Shown: piece after piece, positions 22,107 to 32,558 of the stretch
Layout of the letters: every line of letters begins with the position of its first letter
Numbering within the stretch: the stretch's first letter is position 1
Assembly: GCA_965249135.1 (NCBI GenBank)
Contig: OZ252220.1
Location: 512,001 to 576,000 of the forward strand
Source of the DNA: Alphaproteobacteria bacterium
Lineage (GTDB): Bacteria > Pseudomonadota > Alphaproteobacteria > GCA-2746255
Direction of reading: 5' to 3'
Length of the DNA stretch: 64,000 nucleotides
Position numbers and translations under genes: made by a program
The notes under the pieces: model-generated
What the model saw: only the letters and a program-made list of their open reading frames with translations
Told to the model about the DNA's origin: nothing
Databases searched by the model: none

Positions 22107-23285
22107 CTAGACCAATCCTGTGGCATGCCGCCGAGCAGCGGCATCCATTTCAAAGACGTCCTCCAACCCATGGAGCTCCGGCGCAGCCAGGTGCTCCAGC
22201 GTTTCTTCGACGACCCGCGCAATATCCAGGAAGCCAATCTTGCCATCCAGAAACCCGGCAACGGCCACCTCGTTCGCGGCGTTCAGGATTGTAGGTGCGG
22301 CCCCCCCGCTTTGCAAGGACTGGCGGGCGAGTCGTAGGGCTGGGAATCGTTTTGAATCAGGCGCTTCGAAGGTAAGTTCTCCGACCTTGCCAAGATCGAG
22401 GCGTGGCGATGGCGCCGGGATTCGTTCCGGCCAACCCAAGGTATAGGCAATCGGTGTGCGCATGTCGGGCATGCCAAGCTGTGCCAATACGGAACCATCC
22501 ACGTAGAACACCATGCTGTGGATGACGGACTGCGGATGAACAAGGATGTCGATTTGATCCTTCTCCACGGGAAACAGGTAATAAGCCTCGATGAGTTCGA
22601 GGCCTTTGTTCATCATCGTCGCCGAATCCACGGAGATCTTCGCACCCATGTCCCAATTCGGGTGGGCGACCGCCTGTTCGGGCGTCACTTTCGCCATTGC
22701 CTGGTGGTCCAGCTCTCGGAAAGGGCCCCCGGAAGCGGTAAGCATAATCTTCTCGACCGCCGCACTCTGCCCCATGTCGAAAACCTGAAAGATGGCATTG
22801 TGCTCGGAATCAACCGGCAAGAGGGTCGCGCCACTCTTGCGAATCTCGGCAACCATCAAATCGCCGGCGCAAACCAAGCATTCCTTGTTCGCCAGACCGA
22901 CACTGCCGCCGCGGCGAATGGCGGCAAGCGTCGGTTCGAGTCCCGCCGCGCCGACAATGGCCGCCATCACCCAGTCTGCCGGTCGCGTCGCAGCCTCGAT
23001 CAGCGCGGCCTTACCGGCGGCTGTCTCGATACCGGTGCCGACAAGTGCTTCTTTGAGTTCGCCATAGAGATCGGAATCGCCAATGACGGCGAGCCGGGCG
23101 CCAAGCTTGCGGGCCTGCTCGGCAAGAAGCGCGACGTTTGTTTTCGCCGTCAATGCCTCGACGGCATAGGCCTCGGGGTTTTCCGCGATCAATTCCACCG
23201 TGTTCGTGCCAATCGATCCCGTCGAGCCCAGGATCGTCACCCGCTTCGGTGCGACTTCCGGTTTTGGCATTCGCTGCAAAGTCAT
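22107..23285 (-). CDS. dxr: 1-deoxy-D-xylulose-5-phosphate reductoisomerase
   Basis: LGSTGSIG, LANKE, PVDSEH, TASGGPF, HPNWDMGAKISVDSATMMNKGLE; ATG at 23285 overlaps the cdsA stop. Confidence 0.97.
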   Translation of the reverse strand: MTLQRMPKPEVAPKRVTILGSTGSIGTNTVELIAENPEAYAVEALTAKTNVALLAEQARKLGARLAVIGDSDLYGELKEALVGTGIETAAGKAALIEAATRPADWVMAAIVGAAGLEPTLAAIRRGGSVGLANKECLVCAGDLMVAEIRKSGATLLPVDSEHNAIFQVFDMGQSAAVEKIMLTASGGPFRELDHQAMAKVTPEQAVAHPNWDMGAKISVDSATMMNKGLELIEAYYLFPVEKDQIDILVHPQSVIHSMVFYVDGSVLAQLGMPDMRTPIAYTLGWPERIPAPSPRLDLGKVGELTFEAPDSKRFPALRLARQSLQSGGAAPTILNAANEVAVAGFLDGKIGFLDIARVVEETLEHLAAPELHGLEDVFEMDAAARRHATGLV

Positions 23286-24139
23286 GGAAACACCCAGCTT
23301 TCCGTCAACCACTTCACCAGCATGACGACTGGCGCCACAATCAGCAAGCCATCCAAGCGGTCCATCAGTCCGCCATGCCCAGGAATCAGTTTTCCGGTGT
23401 CCTTCACGCCAAAATGCCGTTTTATGGCCGATTCGCCGAAATCGCCGCCCTGGGCAACGATGGCAAGCGCGGCGCCGAAGGCGCCAAGCAACCCGGCCGC
23501 CGGCAGGTCGAGCCCCCGCGCCACCCCCCATCCGGCAAGGCCCGCGAAGACGATGGCGCCGATGAAACCCGCCCAGGTTTTATGGGGGCTGATGCGGGGC
23601 GCCAGTTTTGGACCACCGATGGTGCGGCCAAACGCGTAGGCGGCAATGTCCGTTGCCCAGACGACCCCAAGCACCCAGAAAAAGATCGCCCTTCCGGCCG
23701 CCGGATCGTGCCTGAGCCAAAGGCAGGCGATGCAAGGAATCGCCACATAAAGGAGGCCCCCGGCAAGCCAGACGCCTTTGCCATCCTCTTCGAAACGGCC
23801 GGCAAGATAGAGGCCGACTACGCCGACGGCCAAAAGGCCGACGGCCACCCGATCCGGCCCCGCGATCGCCGCGGCAACGCTCAGCAACACCAGGGCCAGC
23901 AATGCCCAGCCCATCGGCCGCACCCTGCCGCCGCCGCAAAGCCCGGCCCATTCATAGGCCAGACCCGCCGCCACAAACAGGATTAGCGCGTCGAAATAAG
24001 GTGGGCCGAAATAAACGATCGCAAGGGTTGGCGGAACGAGAACGATCGCCGATACGACCCGACGCGAAAGGGAAGACCCGTCCTTATGCGCCGGAAGTGC
24101 CGTACCGTCGTTCGCGGTTTGCGAATTCCCGGACCGCAT
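23282..24139 (-). CDS. cdsA: Phosphatidate cytidylyltransferase
   Basis: ISPHKTWAG, GDFGESAIKRHFGVKDTGKLIPGHGGLMDRLD; start uncertain. Confidence 0.95.
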   Translation of the reverse strand: MRSGNSQTANDGTALPAHKDGSSLSRRVVSAIVLVPPTLAIVYFGPPYFDALILFVAAGLAYEWAGLCGGGRVRPMGWALLALVLLSVAAAIAGPDRVAVGLLAVGVVGLYLAGRFEEDGKGVWLAGGLLYVAIPCIACLWLRHDPAAGRAIFFWVLGVVWATDIAAYAFGRTIGGPKLAPRISPHKTWAGFIGAIVFAGLAGWGVARGLDLPAAGLLGAFGAALAIVAQGGDFGESAIKRHFGVKDTGKLIPGHGGLMDRLDGLLIVAPVVMLVKWLTESWVFP

Positions 24140-24818
24140 TCTCGAGATCCCCTTGCGTAAAGTCTGGCCAGAATTTATCGAGAAACACGAATTCCGTGTA
24201 CGCAGATTGCCAGAGCAAGAAATTGCTTATGCGCTTTTCGCCGCTGGTCCGGATGATCAGGTCTGGATCCGGCATGCCGGCGGTTTCGAGGTAAGTCGTG
24301 AACAAAGATTCCGAAATATCCTCAACGGCAATCTTTCCCTTCACTGCTTCTGCCGCAAGCCCCCGTGCCGCCTCGACGATTTCACTTCGCCCCCCATAGC
24401 TGAGCGCAATGGTAAGATTGATGACTGCATTATCTTTCGTTGCTTCCTCGACCCCCTCGATAAGACCAACGATATCCGGATCGAGTTTCGTGCGGTCGCC
24501 AATGATGCGCAGCCGAACACCGTTCTCCATCATTTCCTCGAGTTCATTCCGCAGATAAAACCGAAGAAGCTGCATCAGATCGCGGATTTCCCCACGTGGA
24601 CGTTTCCAGTTTTCCGAAGAAAACCCGAACAGCGTCAAGTAAGAAACGCCAAGCTTCGCCGCTCCCTTGACGGTGCGGCGGACGGCTTCGGCGCCACGCT
24701 TGTGACCGGCCACCCGTGGCAGATGGCGTGCCCCGGCCCAGCGCCCATTGCCATCCATGATGATGGCGACGTGCTTAGGCACGGGCAGCGTTTCACTTAT
24801 GGAAGGAAGCGGTTCCAT
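24084..24818 (-). CDS. uppS: Undecaprenyl diphosphate synthase
   Basis: HVAIIMDGNGRW, FSSENWKRP, RTSGEKRISNFLLWQ. Confidence 0.97.
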   Translation of the reverse strand: MEPLPSISETLPVPKHVAIIMDGNGRWAGARHLPRVAGHKRGAEAVRRTVKGAAKLGVSYLTLFGFSSENWKRPRGEIRDLMQLLRFYLRNELEEMMENGVRLRIIGDRTKLDPDIVGLIEGVEEATKDNAVINLTIALSYGGRSEIVEAARGLAAEAVKGKIAVEDISESLFTTYLETAGMPDPDLIIRTSGEKRISNFLLWQSAYTEFVFLDKFWPDFTQGDLENAVREFANRERRYGTSGA

Positions 24819-24820
24819 GG

Positions 24821-25378
24821 CTAGACGTGCGAAATTTCCTTTGTCTTCGTTCCCAGGATTTCGTCGGTTTTGTGAATGCAATCATCGGTCAAAGTCTGAA
24901 TTTTCTGTGACCAGCTGTGGTGTTCGTCCTTGGAAATTTCTCCATCTTTTTCCATGTGCTTCAGAAGATCCATCCCGTCTCGCCGGACGTTGCGGACGGC
25001 GACCTTTGCCTGCTCCGCATATTTTGCGGCAATCTTCATCAATTCGGTCCGGCGTTCTTCGGTGAGTTCCGGAATGGGGACTCGCAAGATCTGGCCTTCA
25101 ATCACCGGATTGAGGCCTAACCCGGATTCACGGATCGCCTTGTCCACCGCCTTCACGTTCGCCTGGTCCCAGACCTGGACCGAAAGCATGCGCGGCTCGG
25201 GTACGTTGATCGTTCCGATCTGTGTAATCGGCATCGGATTTCCATAGGCCTCGACGACGAGTGGTTCCAGAAGGCTCGCGGAAGCGCGGCCCGTGCGCAA
25301 GCCTCCAAACTCCTTATGAAGCGCCGTCAGCGCGCCTTCCATGCGTCGTTTTATGTCATCCAGGTCGGGCTCGGCCAT
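24821..25378 (-). CDS. frr: Ribosome recycling factor
   Basis: [21 protein letters not shown]; an alternative in-frame ATG exists at 25405. Confidence 0.96.
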   Translation of the reverse strand: MAEPDLDDIKRRMEGALTALHKEFGGLRTGRASASLLEPLVVEAYGNPMPITQIGTINVPEPRMLSVQVWDQANVKAVDKAIRESGLGLNPVIEGQILRVPIPELTEERRTELMKIAAKYAEQAKVAVRNVRRDGMDLLKHMEKDGEISKDEHHSWSQKIQTLTDDCIHKTDEILGTKTKEISHV

Positions 25379-26157
25379 GGGTTTAGCCTCTTTTCCCTTC
25401 GCCATCGTCTTTTCCCTTCGCCATCGTCGATGATCGTAAAATCGCCCTTGCCTTGCACCGCCTGGGCGAAGCCTCCCGGCTCGTGGATCGAAAACACGAC
25501 GATCGGAATCCGGTTGTCGCGCGCCAGCGAGATCGCCGAGGTGTCCATGACCGCCAGATCCTGGGAAATGACGTCGAGATAGGTCAAATGGGTATAACGC
25601 ACCGCATCCGGCACCTTGTGGGGATCGTCGCTGTACACCCCATCCACCTGCGTGCCCTTGAGGATCGCATCGCAGCCCATCTCCACGGCCCTCAGCGTCG
25701 CGGCGGTGTCCGTCGTGAAGAAGGGGTTGCCGGTGCCGGCCGCAAAGATGACGACACGCCCCTTCTCCATATGGCGCGCCGCCCGGCGGCGAATATAGGA
25801 CTCGCAGATCCTTTCCATCGAGATCGCCGATTGAACACGGGTCGGAATATCGAGCTGCTCGAGCGCGTTTTGAACGGCAAGCGCGTTGATCACCGTGGCC
25901 AGCATTCCCATGTGGTCGGCCCCTGTCCGGTCGAATCCCTCCACCGCGCCGGAAACGCCCCGGAAGACGTTGCCGCCGCCGATGACGAGGCAGACCTCGA
26001 CGCCGGCGCGATGGACCTCGGCAACGTCCAGGGCGATGCGCTTAAGGGCGGCCGGATTGATCCTATAGCCGTCGGACCCCGTGAGGGCCTCGCCGGAGAC
26101 CTTCAGTAGAACCCGTTGATAAGGTGGGGATATTTTGGTGGATTTCGCGGCTTCCAT
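25351..26157 (-). CDS. pyrH: UMP kinase, C-terminus extended by a 19-bp duplication
   Basis: [38 protein letters not shown] motifs. Confidence 0.96.
   Translation of the reverse strand: MEAAKSTKISPPYQRVLLKVSGEALTGSDGYRINPAALKRIALDVAEVHRAGVEVCLVIGGGNVFRGVSGAVEGFDRTGADHMGMLATVINALAVQNALEQLDIPTRVQSAISMERICESYIRRRAARHMEKGRVVIFAAGTGNPFFTTDTAATLRAVEMGCDAILKGTQVDGVYSDDPHKVPDAVRYTHLTYLDVISQDLAVMDTSAISLARDNRIPIVVFSIHEPGGFAQAVQGKGDFTIIDDGEGKRRWRREKRLNPWPSPTWMT
25389..25426. repeat. Perfect 19-bp tandem duplication at the pyrH 3' end
   Basis: TCTTTTCCCTTCGCCATCG at 25389-25407 and 25408-25426. Confidence 0.96.
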
Positions 26158-26248
26158 GGCATCGTCCGTGTCGATTTCCTAGTCGCCGGGGCCGTGGGTC
26201 GAAGCACCGGCATGATGGCATAAGCGCTTAAGCGACGCTAGCCATGCC

Positions 26249-27175
26249 TCAATCGCCAAGCTGCGCTGCGACTTCGGCGGCAAAATCGCTTGCTTTGCGT
26301 TCGAGCCCTTCGCCGAGCGCGAAGCGGAGAAAACCGGCCACCTGGATCGGGGCGCCGACTTCCTTTTCTGCCGCCTCCAGCGCCTTTGCCACCTTCGTTT
26401 CGCCGTCGATGACGAAGGTCTGCTCAAGAAGGGCAACTTCCTCGTAATATTTGTGAAGGCGGCCTTTCACCATCTTCTCGATGATCTCTTCGGGCTTCCC
26501 GCTCGCCCGTGCCTGGGCGGAAAGCACCTCGCGCTCCCGTGCCAGATCGGCCGGATCGATGGCTTCGATCGTTACCACCTGGGGGTTTGAGGCGGCGACG
26601 TGCATGGCCAGCTGCCTCCCGAAGGCATCCAATTTCTCCGGATCCCCGGTCGATTCGAGGGCGACGAGGACGCCGATCTTGCCAAGTGACGGCGCCACCG
26701 CGTTGTGCATGTAGGAAGCCACGATACCCGGTGACACGCGAAGAACCCCTTCCCTGCGAAGGGTCAGGTTTTCCCCGATCGTCACCACCAGCTCGTTCAG
26801 CCTTTCCCCGATCGTCCCGCCTTGCGCAAGGCTGGCCTTCTCCAGTGCGTCGATCCCGGCGCTGCCCGCCTCCAGCACCGTCTCCGCAACGGCTTGAACG
26901 AAGCCCTGAAACGTCTCGTTACGGGCGACGAAGTCCGTCTCCGCATTCACCTCGACGAGGGCGCCGCCGCCAGCGCCTGTGGCGATCCCCACCAGCCCCT
27001 CGGCGGCCATACGCCCCGCCTTCTTCGCGGCAGTCGCGATGCCCTGCTTGCGCAGCCAGTCGACCGCCGCCTCCAAGTCGCCAGCGACCTCGGCAAGGGC
27101 ACACTTGCAGTCCATCATGCCGACGCCCGTCTTCTCACGAAGCGTCTTGACCATTTGGGCGGTAATCTCGGGCAA
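26249..27175 (-). CDS. tsf: Elongation factor Ts
   Basis: VKTLREKTGVGMMDCK, EVNAETDFVA, AMHVAA; TTG start. Confidence 0.97.
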   Translation of the reverse strand: MPEITAQMVKTLREKTGVGMMDCKCALAEVAGDLEAAVDWLRKQGIATAAKKAGRMAAEGLVGIATGAGGGALVEVNAETDFVARNETFQGFVQAVAETVLEAGSAGIDALEKASLAQGGTIGERLNELVVTIGENLTLRREGVLRVSPGIVASYMHNAVAPSLGKIGVLVALESTGDPEKLDAFGRQLAMHVAASNPQVVTIEAIDPADLAREREVLSAQARASGKPEEIIEKMVKGRLHKYYEEVALLEQTFVIDGETKVAKALEAAEKEVGAPIQVAGFLRFALGEGLERKASDFAAEVAAQLGD

Positions 27176-27240
27176 GCTTAAACTTATTCCTAAGAAAATT
27201 TACTTAACTATCTAATTTTTATAATTATTTATTCGATAGC

Positions 27241-28080
27241 TCAACTGGCTGATGGCGCTTCCCCGGCCGGTTTCTCGACGTCCGTAGCGACCGCTTCGGC
27301 CGGTGGGGAGCTTTCCTCCGGCACCCTCGTGCCCGCCACCGCCTCCTCCGCCGCCTCGGCATCGGCTCCGACGTCCTCGCCGGACGCGCGGCGTTCCTGC
27401 TGCAGTCCGTCGAGAGCGGCGCCGGCAATGAGGTTGCAATAGATGTTGATCGCCCGAATGGCGTCGTCATTGCCCGGAATCGGATGGGCGATCCCCTGCG
27501 GAGAGCTGTTGCTGTCGAGCACCGCGACGATCGGGATATTCAGCTTGATGGCTTCCTTGGCCGCGATCTCCTCGCGGTTTGTGTCCACGATGAACAAGAT
27601 GTCCGGCAGACCCCCCATCTCCTTGATGCCGCCAAGGGCCCGCTCCAGCTTGTCCTGCTCACGCGTAAGCTGCAGGGTTTCCTTCTTCGTCAGCAGCGTC
27701 GTCTCGGCGGTAAGCTGCTCTTCGAGCTCGCGAAGGCGCTTGATCGACTGCGAAATCGTCTGCCAGTTCGTCAGCATACCGCCCAGCCAGCGATGGTTGA
27801 CGTAGTACTGCCCGCAGCGGGACGCCGATTCGGCGATCGTCTCGGTAGCCTGGCGCTTCGTACCGACGAAGAGCACCCGTCCGCCTTCCGCGACGGTGTT
27901 CCGGACCACCTTCATTGCCGCATGGAGAAGTGGCACGGTTTGGTCGAGATTGATGATATGAACGCCGTTGCGGACCCCAAACAGATAAGGGGCCATCTGC
28001 GGATTCCACCGCCGGACGACGTGGCCGAAATGAACGCCCGCCTCGAGAAGCTGGCGCATCGTAAAGGTCGGAAGTGCCAT
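27241..28080 (-). CDS. rpsB: 30S ribosomal protein S2
   Basis: [30 protein letters not shown]; acidic C-terminal tail. Confidence 0.98.
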   Translation of the reverse strand: MALPTFTMRQLLEAGVHFGHVVRRWNPQMAPYLFGVRNGVHIINLDQTVPLLHAAMKVVRNTVAEGGRVLFVGTKRQATETIAESASRCGQYYVNHRWLGGMLTNWQTISQSIKRLRELEEQLTAETTLLTKKETLQLTREQDKLERALGGIKEMGGLPDILFIVDTNREEIAAKEAIKLNIPIVAVLDSNSSPQGIAHPIPGNDDAIRAINIYCNLIAGAALDGLQQERRASGEDVGADAEAAEEAVAGTRVPEESSPPAEAVATDVEKPAGEAPSAS

Positions 28081-28084
28081 AGCC

Positions 28085-28197
28085 TTAAGTCTTCTCCGGT
28101 TCGACCTCCGCGGGAAAAACATTCGACGCGAGGACGCGCCGAACACCGGATCGGTCTCCCGAAGCGCAGCGCCCCAGAAACCGCTTCCCGCGTGTGA
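28085..28197 (-). ncRNA. rpsB 5' leader (t44/S2 autoregulatory-leader-like)
   Basis: Leader begins CACACGCGGGA and closes TCCCGCGGAGG (pairing CGCGGGA/TCCCGCG), resembling proteobacterial rpsB leaders. TTGAAA-N17-CTATGT promoter lies just upstream. Confidence 0.6.
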
Positions 28198-28281
28198 ATT
28201 TGATCGACCGTTACATAGCCGGATTGCCCCCTCTTTTTCAAGCAAAAAGGTTGAAAATGCAAGGCGTTGGCGGGGATTCCC

Positions 28282-31200
28282 TTAGGTTTCCCGCAGCTCG
28301 GCCACGCCGGGCAGACGGATGATCGCTTCGCGGGTCGTGACCGAGAGGGCGAACTTGCCTGGAAGCCGCATCTCGATCTCCTCGGCCTCGCCGAACGGAA
28401 AGATCAGCTGGACGACGCCCTGACCGCGTTTTTCATTTTTAATCAATTGCTTAAGGCTTTCGATCGGACGGTCATCCAAGAGCCGAATTTGAATCTGGCC
28501 GCCGGTTTCGGCCGCCACCTTTTCGAGGCTCTGGATCTTCTGGGCGGCCATGCGGATCGCGTCACCCTCCATGCGTGCATCCACCGTCACCAGAAGCGGC
28601 ATGCCGGATTCCAACAACTCGCCGGCATTCGCCAGCAATTCCGAAAAAACGATGGCCTCATAAACCCCACTCGAATCGGAGAGCTGAATGAAGGCGAAGC
28701 GATTCCCCTTGGCGGAGGTCCGTTCCTGTTTGCCAATCACCGTACCGGCAAGCTGAACCCGTTCCGTCTTGCCGTCCGCCAGCCGGTCGAAAAGATCGGC
28801 CGCCGCCGTCACCTGCAAACGCTCGAGCAGTGGGCCATAGGCATCCAGGGGATGAGCCGAAAGGTAAAAACCGACCGCCTCGTATTCGCGACGCAGGCGG
28901 TCCATCATTGCCCATTCCGTGGTCTCGGGCAGAAATTCGGCGAAGGTTTCCGGCGATTCCTGGAAAAGATTTTCCTGGTGGGCCGACCGTTCCTGTTGGG
29001 CGGCGCTCGCCCGCCCCATCAATTGATCGATCGCGGCAAACAACTGGGCCCGGTTCGCATTCAACTGGTCGAAGGCGCCTGCCTGGACGAGGCTTTCGAA
29101 CTGGCGCCGATTCATGGCCCGGGAATCGAGACGCGAGACGAAATCGTAAATGTTTTCGAAGGCGCCGCCGTGCATCCGTTCCTCGACGAGCAATTCCATC
29201 GCATGGGCACCAACGTTCTTGAGCGCCGCCAGCGCGTACCGAATGGCCGATGCTCCCGTCTCTGCCTGCTCGACCGTGAAGACGACCCCTGAGCGATTGA
29301 TGTCGGGCAGCAGCAGCGGCACCTTGAGGCGCGCCAGCTCCTGGCGAAGGCCATTCAGTTTGTCCGTATTGTTCAGGTCGAGCGACATCAGCGCTGCCAG
29401 GAACTCGACCGGATAGTTCGCTTTCAGATAGGCCGTTTGATACGCGACAAGCGCGTAAGCCGCGGCATGGGACTTGTTGAACCCGTAGCCAGCGAACTTG
29501 TCGACCTGTTCGAAGATGTGGGAGGCCCGCGCCTCCGGCACCCCCTTGGCAACGGCACCATCGACGAAGTTTTTCCGCTGGGCCTTCATCTCCGACTTGA
29601 TCTTCTTGCCCATGGCCCGGCGCAGGATATCGGCAGCGCCCAGGCTGAAGCCGGAAAGCACCTGGGCGATCTGCATCACCTGTTCTTGATAGATGATGAC
29701 GCCGGACGTTTCTTTCAGGATTCCTTCGAGAAGGGGATGCAGGTAATCCGGCTTTTCCCGGCCATGCTTACAGGCGATGTAACGGGGAATGTTGTCCATC
29801 GGGCCCGGCCGGAAAAGCGCAACCAGCGCGATGATGTCCTCGAAGCTGTCCGGCTGTAAGCGCCTTAGCACGTCCCGCATGCCGGAACTTTCCAGTTGGA
29901 AGACACCGACCGTCTCGCCAAGACCCAGCATCGTGTAAGTCTTCACATCGTCCAGCGGCAGCAGCGAAAGATCGACCTCGACCCCGCGGGCTTTGAGGAA
30001 ATCGAGGGTTCGCGCGATCACCGTCAGGGTCTTCAGGCCAAGGAAGTCGAACTTCACGAGGCCGGCCGACTCGACATACTTCATCGAAAACTGGGTCACC
30101 GGCATGTCCGAACGCGGGTCGCGATAAAGCGGGATCAGCTCGTCGAGTGGACGATCCGCAATGACGACGCCGGCCGCATGGGTTGAGGCGTGGCGGTAAA
30201 GCCCCTCCAGCTTTATGCCGATAGCGAGCAGCTTGGCGACGGTCGAATCTTCTTCCCGCATTGCCTGCAGGCGGGATTCACGCGCGATCGCATCCTCAAG
30301 CGAGACCGGATTTGCCGGGTTGTAGGGCACCAGCTTGCAGATACGGTCGACCCGCCCGTACGCCATGCCCAGGACCCGGCCGACGTCGCGCAACACGGCG
30401 CGGGCCTGCAGGGTCCCGAAGGTAATGATCTGGGCGACCCGATCCACCCCGTATTTCTTTTGGACGTAGTGGATGACCTCGTCGCGCCGGTCCTGACAGA
30501 AATCGATGTCGAAATCCGGCATCGATATGCGCTCCGGATTCAGGAACCGTTCGAAAAGAAGGCCGAAGCGCAGGGGATCGAGGTCCGTGATCGTCAGCGC
30601 CCAGGCGACGACGGATCCCGCACCGGACCCACGGCCGGGACCGACCGGGATGCCTTCCCGTTTTGCCCATTGGATGAAGTCGGCGACGATGAGAAAATAC
30701 CCGGGATAGCCCATGCGGCCGATGACATCGAGCTCGTATTCCAGACGTTCCCGGTAGCGCTTCGCAAGGCGCTCTTTTTCGTCTTTCTCCATCCCATCGT
30801 TGAAAACCTGGTTGGTGAGTCGCGTCTCGAGCCCGGCTTCCGACTGGCGGCGAAGCGTTTCCGTCTCGCTTTCGCCTTTTGGGATCGGAAAGGCCGGCAG
30901 AATCGGATCGTGCGCTTCCAACAGGAAGGCGCAACGCTTGGCGATGACCAGCGTGTTGTCGACCGCTTCCGGCAAATCGGCAAAAAGGCTGCGCATTTCG
31001 CTCGAGGATTTGAAACGATGCTCGGGCGTGAGCCGCCGCCGGTCCTTATCCGAGACATGGACGCCTTCCGCGACACAAAGCAGCACGTCGTGGGCTTCAA
31101 ACATGGCCCCGTCCGCAAAGAAGGCCTCGTTTGTCGCCACCAGCGGAAGCTCCAGCTCATAGGCAAGATCGAGGAGTCGTTCCTCCGTCGCCGTCTCCTC

Positions 31201-31749
31201 TTCCAGCCCGTGACGCTGGATTTCGACGTAAAGCCGACCCGGAAAAATCCGCGCAAGCGCGATCAAGCAATCGCGCGCTGCTTCCTCCTGCCCCTCCATG
31301 AGATGCCGGCCGATGGGGCCTTTCGCGCCCCCGGTAAGGACGATCAGCCCCTCGCCCGCCGCCTCGAGATCGCCAAGGGTGACGTACGGGTCCGCGCCCG
31401 ATCCCTTTTCGAGGAAGGCCTGGCTGACCAGCCGGATCAGGCTTCGATAGCCCGCCTCGTTCTGCACGAGAAGTACAAGCGCGTTCTCACGCGCATTCTT
31501 TTCCGGACCCTTTTCTCCATTCGCCCCATGCGCCAGCGTGATCTGGCAGCCGAGGATCGGCTGAACACCGGCCGCCGCTGCCGCCAACGAAAATTCGAGC
31601 GCGCCGAACAGGTTGTTGGTGTCCGTAATCGCGACCGCCGGCATCCGCTCCTTGCGGCAGCGTTCAACGATTCCAGGAATTTTGAGCGCGCCCTCGAGGA
31701 GCGAATAGGCGCTGTGAAGACGAAGATGAACGAAATCGGCGGTCGGCAT
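28282..31749 (-). CDS. dnaE: DNA polymerase III subunit alpha
   Basis: PHP domain HLRLHSAYS, GPGRGSGAGS, MPDFDIDF, KFDFLGL, GYGFNKSH; 1155 aa, no intein evident. Confidence 0.98.
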   Translation of the reverse strand: MPTADFVHLRLHSAYSLLEGALKIPGIVERCRKERMPAVAITDTNNLFGALEFSLAAAAAGVQPILGCQITLAHGANGEKGPEKNARENALVLLVQNEAGYRSLIRLVSQAFLEKGSGADPYVTLGDLEAAGEGLIVLTGGAKGPIGRHLMEGQEEAARDCLIALARIFPGRLYVEIQRHGLEEETATEERLLDLAYELELPLVATNEAFFADGAMFEAHDVLLCVAEGVHVSDKDRRRLTPEHRFKSSSEMRSLFADLPEAVDNTLVIAKRCAFLLEAHDPILPAFPIPKGESETETLRRQSEAGLETRLTNQVFNDGMEKDEKERLAKRYRERLEYELDVIGRMGYPGYFLIVADFIQWAKREGIPVGPGRGSGAGSVVAWALTITDLDPLRFGLLFERFLNPERISMPDFDIDFCQDRRDEVIHYVQKKYGVDRVAQIITFGTLQARAVLRDVGRVLGMAYGRVDRICKLVPYNPANPVSLEDAIARESRLQAMREEDSTVAKLLAIGIKLEGLYRHASTHAAGVVIADRPLDELIPLYRDPRSDMPVTQFSMKYVESAGLVKFDFLGLKTLTVIARTLDFLKARGVEVDLSLLPLDDVKTYTMLGLGETVGVFQLESSGMRDVLRRLQPDSFEDIIALVALFRPGPMDNIPRYIACKHGREKPDYLHPLLEGILKETSGVIIYQEQVMQIAQVLSGFSLGAADILRRAMGKKIKSEMKAQRKNFVDGAVAKGVPEARASHIFEQVDKFAGYGFNKSHAAAYALVAYQTAYLKANYPVEFLAALMSLDLNNTDKLNGLRQELARLKVPLLLPDINRSGVVFTVEQAETGASAIRYALAALKNVGAHAMELLVEERMHGGAFENIYDFVSRLDSRAMNRRQFESLVQAGAFDQLNANRAQLFAAIDQLMGRASAAQQERSAHQENLFQESPETFAEFLPETTEWAMMDRLRREYEAVGFYLSAHPLDAYGPLLERLQVTAAADLFDRLADGKTERVQLAGTVIGKQERTSAKGNRFAFIQLSDSSGVYEAIVFSELLANAGELLESGMPLLVTVDARMEGDAIRMAAQKIQSLEKVAAETGGQIQIRLLDDRPIESLKQLIKNEKRGQGVVQLIFPFGEAEEIEMRLPGKFALSVTTREAIIRLPGVAELRET

Positions 31750-31848
31750 GCACTCTCCAAAGGGTTGGGCATCCGAAAGGCAAAGGGGTTGGGCTAGAAT
31801 TTCACAGACGCCGAGGTTTGTCAGCGATCAGAAGAAAGCCGGACGGAG

Positions 31849-31857
31849 TTATCCACA
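31849..31857. promoter_or_regulatory. Perfect DnaA box upstream of dnaE
   Basis: TTATCCACA in the lolD-dnaE intergenic region, 100 bp from the dnaE start. Confidence 0.6.
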
Positions 31858-31877
31858 AAAAAATGCTTCGCGGCACC

Positions 31878-32558
31878 TTAACCCGGAACGACGGTGCCTT
31901 CCCGCAGGAAAAGCGTGCGATCCATACGCTTGGCCAGCTTCAGATTGTGGGTGGCGACCAACGCGGAAAGCCCGGCCTCGCGGACGAGGCGAATGATTTC
32001 CCCGAACACGGCATCCGCCGTCTTGTGGTCGAGGTTCCCGGTCGGTTCGTCCGCCAGCAGGATGGCCGGGCGGTTGGCAACCGCGCGCGCAATCGCCACG
32101 CGTTGCTGTTCGCCGCCGGAAAGCTCGGCCGGACGGTGGGCGAGGCGCCGGCCAAGGCCAACGATTTCAAGGAGTTCAACCGCCCTACCCGCCGCCTCTT
32201 CCCTTGAGGCCCCATCGATCATCTGGGGCAGCGCCACGTTTTCCAGCGCGGTGAATTCCCCAAGCAGGTGATGGAACTGATAGACGAAGCCAAGCTCCGT
32301 GCGGCGAGCCTCGGTCCGGTCGAGATCGGAAAGCGGGCCACAAGGCCGGCCGCTGATCTCGACCTCGCCGGAATTGGGCCGCTCCAACAGACCGGCGATG
32401 TGCAGAAGCGTCGATTTCCCGGCGCCGGACGGCCCAAGAAGGCCCACGATTTCACCCTCTTCCACATCGAGCGATACCTCGCGAAGCACATCCAGCCTCG
32501 CTTCGCCCTGCAGATAGCTCCGCCGGATCGCATTCAGACGAAGGATCGGTTCACTCAT
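31878..32558 (-). CDS. lolD: Lipoprotein-releasing ABC transporter ATP-binding protein
   Basis: [19 protein letters not shown] LolD motif, [14 protein letters not shown]. Confidence 0.94.
   Translation of the reverse strand: MSEPILRLNAIRRSYLQGEARLDVLREVSLDVEEGEIVGLLGPSGAGKSTLLHIAGLLERPNSGEVEISGRPCGPLSDLDRTEARRTELGFVYQFHHLLGEFTALENVALPQMIDGASREEAAGRAVELLEIVGLGRRLAHRPAELSGGEQQRVAIARAVANRPAILLADEPTGNLDHKTADAVFGEIIRLVREAGLSALVATHNLKLAKRMDRTLFLREGTVVPG

Noticed and set aside
28282-31749. Intein or intron in dnaE (also considered for lon and clpP)
   Set aside because: Normal lengths and continuous conserved motifs.
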